Of a stretch of 64,000 nt of DNA, positions 28,511-38,000 are shown one piece after another. Below the pieces are notes generated by a model. The model made no database searches. It was given only the letters and a program-made list of their open reading frames with translations, and was not told the origin of the DNA. Position numbers and translations under genes: made by a program. The first letter of the stretch is position 1; each line of letters begins with the position of its first letter. Source of the stretch: an uncultured bacterium (GTDB lineage: Bacteria; Zhuqueibacterota; QNDG01; DTFT01); contig CAVTNR010000017.1 in assembly GCA_963736115.1 (NCBI GenBank), forward strand, positions 1-64,000, written 5' to 3'.

Positions 28511-29424
28511 ACGGGCCCATCCTCTCTTGGATTCTTTTTCCAGGCGTCATTTTTGTGCTCACAGGCGCTCTCCTCGCGGGCTGGATCGAGCGGAAGGTGC
28601 GCGCCCGGATGGAATACCGGCAGGGTCCGCCGCCGTTACAGATCCTGTACGACTGGATCAAACTGTCGGTCAAGAGGCCCGAGGGCCGCCGGTCCCCGAG
28701 GGGATTGCTGCGGACAGCCGCGGCTGCGGCCGGCCTGGCCGGGGCATTCGGCTTCGGCATCCTGGTCTGGCAGGACCGTTTCATCCCGTTCAGCGGCTTT
28801 CCGGGAGACTTCTTTGCGTGGCTGGCCTGTTTTTCCGCGGCTTCGCTTCTGCCGGACTTAGCGGATACCGCGGGCCGGGGCCGTTCCCGGTGCGGGCCGG
28901 GTTCCTTCAACATCCGGATCACATCCATCTTCCCCCTGTTCATCGCATGGGGTGTTCCTCACCTCGGAGCGGGCGCCTCGTTCGGCATTCCGGACCTGAT
29001 CCGGTCCCAGTCCGTTTACGGTCCGGCGGTTTTCTCGCCGGAGGGCGGACTTGCCTTCGCAGTGTCTTTTGTTTCGGTTTTTGCCGCCGTCCGTTCCGCG
29101 GATTCGGACGGGTCCGAAGCCGGGATGCGGATCGCGGGACCCGCGGCGGAACCCCATCCGGGAATCCGGATCGCATTGGCCGATATGAGCCGTCTCATTT
29201 TGCTGTTTACCGTACCGGAGGCGATGGTTCTGCTGTTCACGGGAGGCGCCGCGGCGACGGGCCGCATGGTCTCGATTTTACTGTACGCCGCGGTTTTTCT
29301 GGCGTTGACCGCAATCCCGAATCTCGGTCCCGCCAGAACCCGCGGCCGGTCGCTCCGCGGGCATCTCGGCCCCCTGACCCTGGCGGCCCTGGCCGCCGTG
29401 GCCCTGACCCTCATCGGGCGGTGA
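28507..29424 (+). CDS. NuoH/HyfC-like membrane subunit, divergent
   Basis: WIERKVRARMEYRQGPPPLQILYDWIKL; multiple TM segments; ATGA overlap. Confidence 0.75.
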   Translation: MNGPILSWILFPGVIFVLTGALLAGWIERKVRARMEYRQGPPPLQILYDWIKLSVKRPEGRRSPRGLLRTAAAAAGLAGAFGFGILVWQDRFIPFSGFPGDFFAWLACFSAASLLPDLADTAGRGRSRCGPGSFNIRITSIFPLFIAWGVPHLGAGASFGIPDLIRSQSVYGPAVFSPEGGLAFAVSFVSVFAAVRSADSDGSEAGMRIAGPAAEPHPGIRIALADMSRLILLFTVPEAMVLLFTGGAAATGRMVSILLYAAVFLALTAIPNLGPARTRGRSLRGHLGPLTLAALAAVALTLIGR

Positions 29425-29427
29425 ACC

Positions 29428-29859
29428 ATGGGCATCCGCCTTCAAATCGTCACCCGTTCCCTTTGGATCTATCCGGTTGTGGCCGGGGGCTGTAACGGCT
29501 GTCATCTGGAGACACTGGCCTGCCTGGGGCCGAAATATGATCTGGAACGGTTCGGCGTCCGCATTGCCTCCTCACCGAACCTGGCGGACGCGCTGCTGGT
29601 GTCGGGTTCCCTGATCCATCCGGATGACCGACGGCTGAAACGCATGGTGCTCGAGATGGCCGGACCGAGCCTGGTGCTGGCCGTCGGCACCTGCGCCCTT
29701 GATCAGGGACAGTTCAGGGGCGGGGCCGTTCAAACCCACACCGCGGATTCCATCCTGCGGGTCGACCTGCACATACCCGGCTGTCCCCCGAGGCCGGAAG
29801 CCGTCATCGCCGGATTCGGGAAACTCATCCGGCTGATCCGGCAGAACCCCGACCGATGA
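29428..29859 (+). CDS. Group 4 hydrogenase small subunit (NuoB-like)
   Basis: GCNGC, YDLERFG, VGTCA, IPGCPPRPEA. Confidence 0.9.
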   Translation: MGIRLQIVTRSLWIYPVVAGGCNGCHLETLACLGPKYDLERFGVRIASSPNLADALLVSGSLIHPDDRRLKRMVLEMAGPSLVLAVGTCALDQGQFRGGAVQTHTADSILRVDLHIPGCPPRPEAVIAGFGKLIRLIRQNPDR

Positions 29860-30269
29860 GCTGGAAGGAAATCGAAAAAGATCTGCTCGAGCGGCTCGGG
29901 GATGATTTCTCCGAATGGCAATGGTTTGGAAGCAACCGGGTCCGCGCCCGTCTGAGACCCGGGGCACTTCCGGCGGCGGCACAATTCCTGGCGGAGAACG
30001 GCCGCGTCCGGTTCATTTCCGCAACGGCTCTGCAAACCCCGGCCGGGGCGGTCGATGTCTGGTACCATTTTGATTTTTTCCAGACCGCGCAGGTGCTTTC
30101 CGTCCGGGTCACGGCGCCGCAGGACGACCCGGTTCTCCCCTCCATCGCGGCGGTCTGGCCCAACGCCGGATGGAGCGAGCGGGAAGCCGCGAAGGCTTTC
30201 GGCGTACGGTTCGGAAAGGATGCCGGTGTATCCCGGAGCGGCGGCAGACAGAAAGAGAAGACCGGATGA
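29856..30269 (+). CDS. NuoC-like subunit
   Basis: YHF, LPSIA..WPNAGWSERE...FGVRF. Confidence 0.8.
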   Translation: MSWKEIEKDLLERLGDDFSEWQWFGSNRVRARLRPGALPAAAQFLAENGRVRFISATALQTPAGAVDVWYHFDFFQTAQVLSVRVTAPQDDPVLPSIAAVWPNAGWSEREAAKAFGVRFGKDAGVSRSGGRQKEKTG

Positions 30270-31582
30270 CGGATCCCGCGGTGAATGATGAATCCCGCCG
30301 CAAGCAGCGGGGTATCGAAAAAACTTGGATCATGGACGCCGAAAGCGGCGGGGGATCAAACTCGTCGGAGCGGCCAGAAGCCCAATCTCCGATCATCCAG
30401 AAAAAGTTGAACCAGAATGACCAGGCTTCTGGCCGCCCGATTGAAATGACGCGTCCCGAATTCTGGGCCGGCGACTTGTTCCGGATTCATGCCGCGGAGG
30501 GACGGGTCGTCCGCCTCGAGGTGGTGACGGGTGTCCGGCACCGCGGAATCGAAAAGCTTGCGGAGACGAAGTCCTGGAGCCGGCTCATTCCCCTGCTGGA
30601 ACGGATATGCGGCATCTGCAGCGCGAGCCATCCGGCCGCGCTGGTGCGGGCCGTCGAGGAACTGGCCGAGGTCCGGCCGCCCGAACGGGCGCAGTACATC
30701 CGCACTTTATCGTGCGAGCTGGAGCGGCTGCAGTCGCACCTGCTGTGGTTCGCCACGCTCGGGCATCTGGCGGGTTTTGACACGCTGTGGATGTGGGCAT
30801 GGCGGTACCGGGAGGAACTGCTCGTCCTCAACGAGCGGATATCCGGCAACCGCCTCATCCCGTCTCTGATCGTCCCGGGAGGGGTGCGGCGCGACCTCGA
30901 CGGGGATCTGAAGGACGAAGCGCGCCGCGCCCTGGAACGGTTTCGGCCGGTGCTTGATCTGCTGGACGGCCAGTTGTCCGCGGATCCCGTTCTGCGCTCG
31001 AGAATGCGCGGCATCGGCGTGCTGGACGCGGAGACTGCGCGGCGCGTCTGCGTTGTGGGGCCGATGGCCCGGGCTTCAGGTGTGGCCCTCGATGTCCGGA
31101 AGGACGATCCGTATTTCGCCTACCCCTGGGTGGACTGGAATCTGTCCCTGCGGGCCGAAGGAGATGTTCAATCCAGGGCCGAGGTGCGGCTGGACGAAAT
31201 GCGTGAATCCCTCGATATCTGTCTTCAGTGCCTGGAACGGATGCGGCCGGGGCCCGTACTTGCCGAAATGCCGGCGGTTCCGGCCGGAATGACCGTGGGC
31301 CGTGTTGAGGCGCCGCGCGGCGAGCTGTTCACCTGCATGGTCAGCGACGGATCCGCGGCGCCGGTGCGTCTTCAGATCCGGCCGCCCAGCGTGCCGAATC
31401 TGCAGGCGCTTGAAACCGTCTGCCTTGGCACGGATCTTGAGGATGTCGCGATCGTGCTGGCCTCAGCGGATCCATGCACCGGGTGCGCGGAGCGGATGAC
31501 GGTCATCGAAGGGACAGGCAGGAAAGGGCCGGATCCTCTTCTGCTCTCCCGCGGGAAAACCGCCCGGAGGCGGCCGGCATGA
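30266..31582 (+). CDS. Group 4 [NiFe] hydrogenase large subunit (NuoD-like)
   Basis: HRGIEK, L1 ERICGICSASH, ELERLQSH, EAPRGE, L2 DPCTGCAER; start uncertain. Confidence 0.88.
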   Translation: MTDPAVNDESRRKQRGIEKTWIMDAESGGGSNSSERPEAQSPIIQKKLNQNDQASGRPIEMTRPEFWAGDLFRIHAAEGRVVRLEVVTGVRHRGIEKLAETKSWSRLIPLLERICGICSASHPAALVRAVEELAEVRPPERAQYIRTLSCELERLQSHLLWFATLGHLAGFDTLWMWAWRYREELLVLNERISGNRLIPSLIVPGGVRRDLDGDLKDEARRALERFRPVLDLLDGQLSADPVLRSRMRGIGVLDAETARRVCVVGPMARASGVALDVRKDDPYFAYPWVDWNLSLRAEGDVQSRAEVRLDEMRESLDICLQCLERMRPGPVLAEMPAVPAGMTVGRVEAPRGELFTCMVSDGSAAPVRLQIRPPSVPNLQALETVCLGTDLEDVAIVLASADPCTGCAERMTVIEGTGRKGPDPLLLSRGKTARRRPA

Positions 31583-32244
31583 AGCGCTGGATGAAAACCC
31601 GGGACATCCGCGAGGCGCTGCGGTCGCTTTTTTCGATGCCGGTCACGACGGATTTCCCGAAAACCAGACGTCCGCCGGAGGATGGGTTCAGGGGCAAGCC
31701 CCTGTTCGATGAATCCGGATGCGTTGCGTGCGGCTCATGCGCCCGGGTGTGCCCGTCCGGCGCAATACGCGTCCATGATCCGAAGCCCGGTGCGCCGGGC
31801 CGGAAGACGCGGGCCGTGCGGCGCATGGAAGTGCGGTATGACGCCTGCCATTTCTGCGGGCTCTGTGAAGAGCGCTGTATCACCGGCCGGGGTATCCGGA
31901 TGACAGCCGGATACGACCTCGCCCTCATCGACAGAACCCTGGCCTCGGAATCGGTTGAGAAGGAGATGGTTTTCTGCGAAGGATGCGGCCGGGGCGTCAC
32001 CACGGCCGAACACCTGCGGTGGATCAGCGGCCGTATCGGCGAAATGGCGTATGCCAACCCGTCCCTGATCCGCATTCAGATGGAACCCCGTCTGACGATT
32101 CAGGCTTCTCCGGCCGGAACTTCTCTTCAGAGGGGTGATGACGTGAAAATTCTCTGCCCGGACTGCAGAAGAAAAGTCCGATCGGCCGGCGGGCTGGTAC
32201 CGCCGGTATCCCATCCGCATTTCGTCGAAGGGAGTCCGTCATGA
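31579..32244 (+). CDS. NuoI-like 2x[4Fe-4S] subunit with extra CxxC pair
   Basis: FRGKP, CVACGSCARVCP, CHFCGLCEERC, CEGC...CPDC. Confidence 0.88.
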   Translation: MKRWMKTRDIREALRSLFSMPVTTDFPKTRRPPEDGFRGKPLFDESGCVACGSCARVCPSGAIRVHDPKPGAPGRKTRAVRRMEVRYDACHFCGLCEERCITGRGIRMTAGYDLALIDRTLASESVEKEMVFCEGCGRGVTTAEHLRWISGRIGEMAYANPSLIRIQMEPRLTIQASPAGTSLQRGDDVKILCPDCRRKVRSAGGLVPPVSHPHFVEGSPS

Positions 32245-33821
32245 AGAAAAAAGTCGTTCTGGCGCATGACATGGGAACCAGCGCGGACAAGGCCGTTCTT
32301 GTCACCGTGACGGGAGAGATACTCGACGCCGTTACGATGCATTATCCGCTGTCGCATCCCCAGCCCACCTGGGCCGAGCAGAATCCGGAGGACTGGTGGA
32401 ACGCCGTGGGCGCGACGACCCGGGCCGTTCTCCGCAAGGCCCGCGTCAAGTCCGAGGACGTGGTGGCCGTCATTTTTTCCTCCCAGACCCAGGTGCTGGT
32501 TCCGCTGGACGGGAGCGGCAAACCCCTTCGGCCCGCGATGTCGTGGCTGGACAGCCGCAGCGCGGAAATTCTCCGGGAGGAGCTCTGGACGGCTCCGAGG
32601 GTGATGGGCTACCATCTGCCCCGTCTTCTGCGCTACATCCGCGTTACGGGCGGGAGCCCGGGCCAGACAGGCAAGGACCAGATCGGCAAGATTCTCTGGC
32701 TGAAGCGGCATGAACCGGACGTGTTCCGCCAGGCGGCCAAGTTCGTCGATGCCAAGGATTACATCAATTTCCGCCTGACCGGATCGCTGTGCACGTCCGT
32801 TGATATTGCCTATCTCTGGTGGTTCATGGATTCCCGCCGGATGCGGAACCGGTGGGATCCGAAGCTGTGCCGGCTCGGCGCCATCACACCGGACCGGCTG
32901 GCAGAGATTCGCGAGAGTGTCGCCGTGGCCGGCCGCATCACCCGCCAGGCCGCCCGGCACACCGGCCTCACTGAAGGGACTCCCGTGGTGAACGGGTGCG
33001 GGGACCTGGCCGCTTCGGCGCTCGGTTCCGGCGCCCTCGGCGACGGGGAGCTGTTCCTCAACCTCGGCACCAGCGGCTGGGTCGCGGGGCACGTCGCGAA
33101 GCGAAAAATCGACATCCCGCATTACACCGGGTGTATCGGCAGCGCATGGCCGCAGAAATATTACCTCGGCATGGCGCACCAGGAAACGGCCGGCGTCTGC
33201 CTCGAATGGCTCAAGAACAAGGTGCTGTACCACGAGAAACAGCTCAAGAAGGAGAGTCAGGTCGGTTCCGTCTACGAGATCCTCGACCGGCTGGCCGAGA
33301 AAGCCGGCCCCGGCGCGGGGGGCCTGATGTTCACGCCCTGGATGTTCGGCGAAAGGTGCCCCATCGACGATGAATTTGCGCGCGCCGGACTTTACAACAT
33401 CGGGCTCAACCATTCGAGGGAACACATGGTCCGTGCGGTGTTCGAGGGCATCGCTTTCAATTCGCGCTGGGCCATGGAGACGATTGAAAAAATGTACCGG
33501 CCCGTCCCCAAGCTGAATTTCACGGGCGGCGTGGCGCAGAGCGACGTCTGGTGCCAGATCATCGCGGACGTGATGAACCGCGAGATTCACCGAGTGTCGA
33601 ATCCGCAGCAGGCGGGCGCCCGGGGTATCGCGCTTCTGGCGTCGCTGGCCATGGGTTACATCGAATCCTTCGAGTCCATCGCGAACCACATAAAAATCGA
33701 CCGGATCTTCCGCCCGAATCCATCTAATCGTCAGCTCTACGACAGGCTGTTCCGCGAATACCGGAACCTGCACAAGCAGAACAAGGGGTGGTTCAGGAGG
33801 ATGAATCAAAAAAGTTCATAG
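32241..33821 (+). CDS. FGGY-family carbohydrate kinase (xylulokinase-like)
   Basis: DMGTSADKA, WAEQNPEDWW, WLDSRS, GCGD, LGTSGW, GERCP, RAVFEG. Confidence 0.92.
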   Translation: MKKKVVLAHDMGTSADKAVLVTVTGEILDAVTMHYPLSHPQPTWAEQNPEDWWNAVGATTRAVLRKARVKSEDVVAVIFSSQTQVLVPLDGSGKPLRPAMSWLDSRSAEILREELWTAPRVMGYHLPRLLRYIRVTGGSPGQTGKDQIGKILWLKRHEPDVFRQAAKFVDAKDYINFRLTGSLCTSVDIAYLWWFMDSRRMRNRWDPKLCRLGAITPDRLAEIRESVAVAGRITRQAARHTGLTEGTPVVNGCGDLAASALGSGALGDGELFLNLGTSGWVAGHVAKRKIDIPHYTGCIGSAWPQKYYLGMAHQETAGVCLEWLKNKVLYHEKQLKKESQVGSVYEILDRLAEKAGPGAGGLMFTPWMFGERCPIDDEFARAGLYNIGLNHSREHMVRAVFEGIAFNSRWAMETIEKMYRPVPKLNFTGGVAQSDVWCQIIADVMNREIHRVSNPQQAGARGIALLASLAMGYIESFESIANHIKIDRIFRPNPSNRQLYDRLFREYRNLHKQNKGWFRRMNQKSS

Positions 33822-33871
33822 TTCATAGTTCATGGTTCATGGTTGAAAAAGTTCCGGGGTTTCGGGTTATG
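33813..33871 (+). repeat. 7-nt tandem array (RGTTCAT)4-5 followed by RGTTCCG-like units; supplies kinase stop codon
   Basis: agttcat x3, ggttcat, ggttgaa, then agttccg.. ggtttcg ggttatg. Confidence 0.8.
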
Positions 33872-33877
33872 GGGTGG

Positions 33878-33910
33878 TGTCATCCCCGAAATCTTTTATC
33901 GGGGATCCAG
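33878..33910 (+). repeat. GTCAT/CGTC-type REP-like palindrome
   Basis: tgtcatccccga-aatctttta-tcggggatccag. Confidence 0.55.
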
Positions 33911-34052
33911 GGGAGGGGTGGAAACACAGTTTTCAGGTTCGTGGCTGTGAGAAAAGAGTCCCCAGTTGTAGGTCTGAAATGGCTCGCGTTTTTCAGCGAG
34001 CCTTTCGGACATTCCTGACGTGTGCTTGACTTCAAACATTCAGGAGCCTGCA

Positions 34053-34913
34053 TTGAAAAAAACGACGATCACCGAGAATATCCGAGACTACTGCGCCGAA
34101 GGCGCGAGCTGGAGCGAAGAAATGGTGCCGGTGTCGGACGGGGTCCGGCTGCGTGTGATCACGTTCCGGCCGTCGAAACCCTCATCCGATCCCCCGGTCG
34201 TCTTTGTCGCGGGCTGGATCACGCTGATGGCGGCCTGGAAGGACGTTCTCCGTGAGATGACGAAGGACTTTACGGTTTATTATGTGGAAACGCGGGAAAA
34301 GATATCCTCCGAGGTGTCCGGACGGGTTCCGTACACGGTCGAGGCGCTCGGAAGGGATATAGACGCCTTCGTCTCGAGGCTGTCACCGGGTAACGGCCGG
34401 TATGTCCTTTTCGGAAGTTCCCTGGGCGCCACCGTGGTGCTCGATTGCGTCCGGTTTATCCGCGTCCGACCGAAATCCGTGGTCGTTGTCGGGCCGAACG
34501 CGGAGTTCCGAGTGCCCTGGTGGGGAATGATCGTTATCGCCCTGTTCTGGCCGCCGAGTTACGGGATTATGAAACGTTTCATCAAATGGTATCTGCGCAA
34601 TTTCCGCTTGGACGTGCAGAGCGACCGGGCGCAGTACGAGAAATACTGCAACAACCTGGACGCCGCGGATCCCTGGAAGCTCAGGCGTGCGGCCTGGGCG
34701 TTTTCCTCCTATAAGATCTGGGACCTGCTCCCGAAAATCGACCTTCCGGTTCTTCTGGTGTCGGCTTCAAAGGACAAGCTGCATGAGCCCGAGAACCTGA
34801 AACGAATGGCGGGATTGATCCCCGAATGTACAATGGCGGACTTCGAGACCAACAAAGGCACGCACAGCGCGGAAATGGTGCAGGCGATGAAGCGGTATCT
34901 GGAAACGATATAA
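34053..34913 (+). CDS. Alpha/beta hydrolase
   Basis: TTG start after AGGAG; FVAGW, GSSLG nucleophile elbow, KDKL, GTH. Confidence 0.85.
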   Translation: MKKTTITENIRDYCAEGASWSEEMVPVSDGVRLRVITFRPSKPSSDPPVVFVAGWITLMAAWKDVLREMTKDFTVYYVETREKISSEVSGRVPYTVEALGRDIDAFVSRLSPGNGRYVLFGSSLGATVVLDCVRFIRVRPKSVVVVGPNAEFRVPWWGMIVIALFWPPSYGIMKRFIKWYLRNFRLDVQSDRAQYEKYCNNLDAADPWKLRRAAWAFSSYKIWDLLPKIDLPVLLVSASKDKLHEPENLKRMAGLIPECTMADFETNKGTHSAEMVQAMKRYLETI

Positions 34914-34980
34914 TCCGGCTGCCACGGACGTTGCGGCGATTCGGCCGAGAGGTCTTGAGGCGACTTTTAATGGTCTGATA

Positions 34981-35022
34981 AAAAAGCCTCCAGCGGGTCT
35001 CTGAAAACCCGCGGGAGGCTTT
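34981..35022. terminator. Hairpin/terminator between convergent genes
   Basis: aaagcctcc..cgggt...acccgcgggaggcttt. Confidence 0.55.
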
Positions 35023-35035
35023 GTCGTTTAGTTGA

Positions 35036-35070
35036 AACCCTCCCGGAGGCTTGAAGCCTCCGGGAGGGTT
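35036..35070. repeat. Repeated hairpin family, copy 1
   Basis: aaccctcccggaggct-tga-agcctccgggagggtt; related copies at 49148 and 49991. Confidence 0.7.
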
Positions 35071-35074
35071 GTTC

Positions 35075-38000
35075 TCATTTCACCAGCAGCATCCTCTGCA
35101 CGGCGCGGAATCCGTCGGTCTGCATGACCGCGAAATACACGCCGCTCGCAAGGTTTGATGCATCCAGCAGGACAACATGTTCTCCCGCTGTCCGTTTGCC
35201 ATCCACCAGGACAATCGCTTCCCGGCCCCGCACGTCATAGATTCTGAGCGTGACATGCTGATCCTTCGGCAGGGCGAACCTTATCCGTGTGGACGGATTG
35301 AACGGATTCGGATAGTTATGGAACAGGGCCGCGGTCCGGGGAGCCGTGTCCGCGATGCCCTGCGGAACGGCCGGATTTCCGGTCGTGGTCCATTTTGCGG
35401 CGTGACCGCCCGTGATACCGTTTTCAAACCAGCCTTCGTTGGCGAAAGGTCCGAGCGCGGTGTCGACCGGGGTTACTGCGATCCAGTACGTGGTCCCCGG
35501 CTTGAGTCCGCTCAGATTGAACCGGGTCACGTCCCCGACGGTCACTCCCTGCAGGGGCCTGACGGCCGGAGCGAAGCGGGTGGAATCTTCCGAGTAATAG
35601 ATATGGTACTGGTTCGCAGACGGCGCCTTTTCCCACGCCACCTGCACAGTCGAGTCATTCAGTGTGAGGAAATGAACCGGCTGAGGCGCCACTCCCGCGG
35701 CAACATCCGCCCAATCCATGGCTGATGCGTAATCACCCGCGAAGAAAGACGCATAGGCCATCTGCAGACGGACCCGGACCGAATCGTGATCAACCGGGCG
35801 GAGCGCCTGCGCCCGTTCCGCCTGCATCAGGTGCAATGGCACGACCAGCCCGAGGTCGGACGCGCCCTTCCAGCCCGCGCCGGCGGCCTTCCAGAGCCGA
35901 GCCTGGTCTCGGGTGAAGCGGACGAAGCGGTGACCGTGCTCGAGAGAAGCCTCGATTTCCGTGCCGCGGTTGAAGTCGTTCCAGGACTGAATCATCACCC
36001 ACGGCATTGGCAGGGTTTCGCCTGCCTCCAGGGCTTTGCGCCAGGTCTGGATGTAGACCGCTGAATCGGACCGGTTCATGAAGCGGTCCTGCCCTTCGAC
36101 CCAGTTGCGGTCATCGAAGCCGGGCCAGACGCCACCGATCGCGAAGGTGAGCCGGTCGTTGTCCATCAGCCGGCGGGCCCTGGCGTAACTCGTGTCGAGG
36201 TAAGCTTCGCCCCAATCCGCGCCTTCCATTTCCCACCGGCCGCTGGACGTCCGGACCCGCGGGAATGCGGCTTCCGCGGCTCCGAAACCTGTGGTGTCGA
36301 GCCGGTTCCAGACGACAAAGGCGTCCTCCGGAAGAATGGCGTTCGCGGTCACCCGGAAGCGGGCCAGAGAATCCGGCAGGTCCGCTTCCACGAACAGGGG
36401 CCGGCGGGTCAGGGAACGCTGTCCCCAGTAAGCCGGATGTTCCAAGATGGAATCCGCCAGGAACACCAGATTTGAATCCCGCCTTCCAGAGGCATCTTTT
36501 CCGTAGGAGGCGGCAATACCGAAACGGAAGCCCTGCATTTCGTAGGTATTGTTCAGACGATCCGTTTCGTCGAGCAGGGCTTTGAGTGCCCTGTTTTCAA
36601 CAGAGGCCGATCCTTTCCAGTCCACAACGAATCCATCGATACCGGCCGCCCAGGCAGACAGGATCTGGTGCCGGGCAGTGACAGAGTCGGATCCGTCATA
36701 CCATCCGGCCAGGGCCGTGTCCGCGGTTCCGCCGCGGTTTTCCGGAACCCAGAAACGGAGTGTTTCCGCCGTGTATCCGGCTTTGAGCCCGGCGAGTATA
36801 GCGCGGCGGTCCGTGCCCCACGGCCGGACTGTTTTAAAACCGAAGTCGGCGTTCGTGACCGAGCCCGATCCCGGGAGGAAGAACGCGAACGGCAGATTAC
36901 GGGTCGTGCCGGTGTACCCGGGAGGCACGGTCGCGGCGTCGATTGTGATCTCGTAGTCGCCGGGAGCGACCTCATCGAACCGGTAGGAACCGTCCGGTCC
37001 GGTGACCGCGGTTGCGGCCGTGACGCCGGAGGCGGACAGCCTTACCGTCACGCCGGGCAGACCGGGTTCGCCGCCGTCCGGACGGCCGTTTCCGTTGCGG
37101 TCGTTCCAGACCAGGTCGCCCGCGCTTCCCGGAACGGCTTCCCAGGGATAGGCGAATCCGAAATTGGCGTTCATGACATGTTCGCCCGCGCCCAGTCGGA
37201 TGAAAATCCGATCCGGCGTGGTGATGCGCCAGACGCCGGACGGATCCGGGCCGTACTGGCTCGCCTGGATCACATATTCGCCGGCAGGAAGATCAGCGAA
37301 CACGAAATTACCGAAATAATTGGACTTCACGCTGTCGACCTGGACTTCCGCCTGCGCAGAGGGCCGGATGCCGGCGGTTGAACCGCGGACTGCCATTTCG
37401 ATGCGGTTCTCCTCGCGGCCTGCGCTCAGGCCCTGGTTCTGGATCACCCGGAACAGGCGCACAGCGACATAAGGCAGCATGCCTTCCATCTGACCCTTGG
37501 TCCGGTCCCAGTTGGAATCATGCCAGGTGAAGAAGCCGATGGAACCCAATCCGGTTTCATTCGACGCAAAACCGAAATCGACGGTGAGGCCGATGTCCTC
37601 AGGCAGAACGACGATTCTTGCCGGATGATTGCCCGTGGTGTTGATGGGATCGCCCGGCATTGCCGGGTCGGTCAGATCCGCGGACACATAATACACGCCC
37701 GGAGCCAGTCCCGTAAAGGAGTAGTTGCCCGAAGCATCGGTTGAATCCTCGGCCACGACATTCCCCGTGGAGTCCGAGATGACGACGGTGACGTACGGAA
37801 GAACAGGTTCTCCGCCGTTCCGGCTCGCATTCTTGTCCGCGTCGTTCCAGATGTTGCCCGTGATCGACGCCAGAACATGCGTGCCCGTGAAGTTGACGTT
37901 GGGCTTGTCTTCGGTGATACCCGTGAAACTGGAATCCGCCGGTCCGAAGGTGTAGCCGGGCTTGGAGGGCGTCACGGTCTCGTCGGAGCCGTAGGGAGCC

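Noticed and set aside
28158-29495. 445-aa overlapping plus-strand ORF and extended 5' ends of ORFs at 16916, 17743, 19844, 28171, 30170, 31474
   Set aside because: Alternative-frame or upstream extensions overlapping real genes; ATGA couplings and RBSs indicate the shorter starts.
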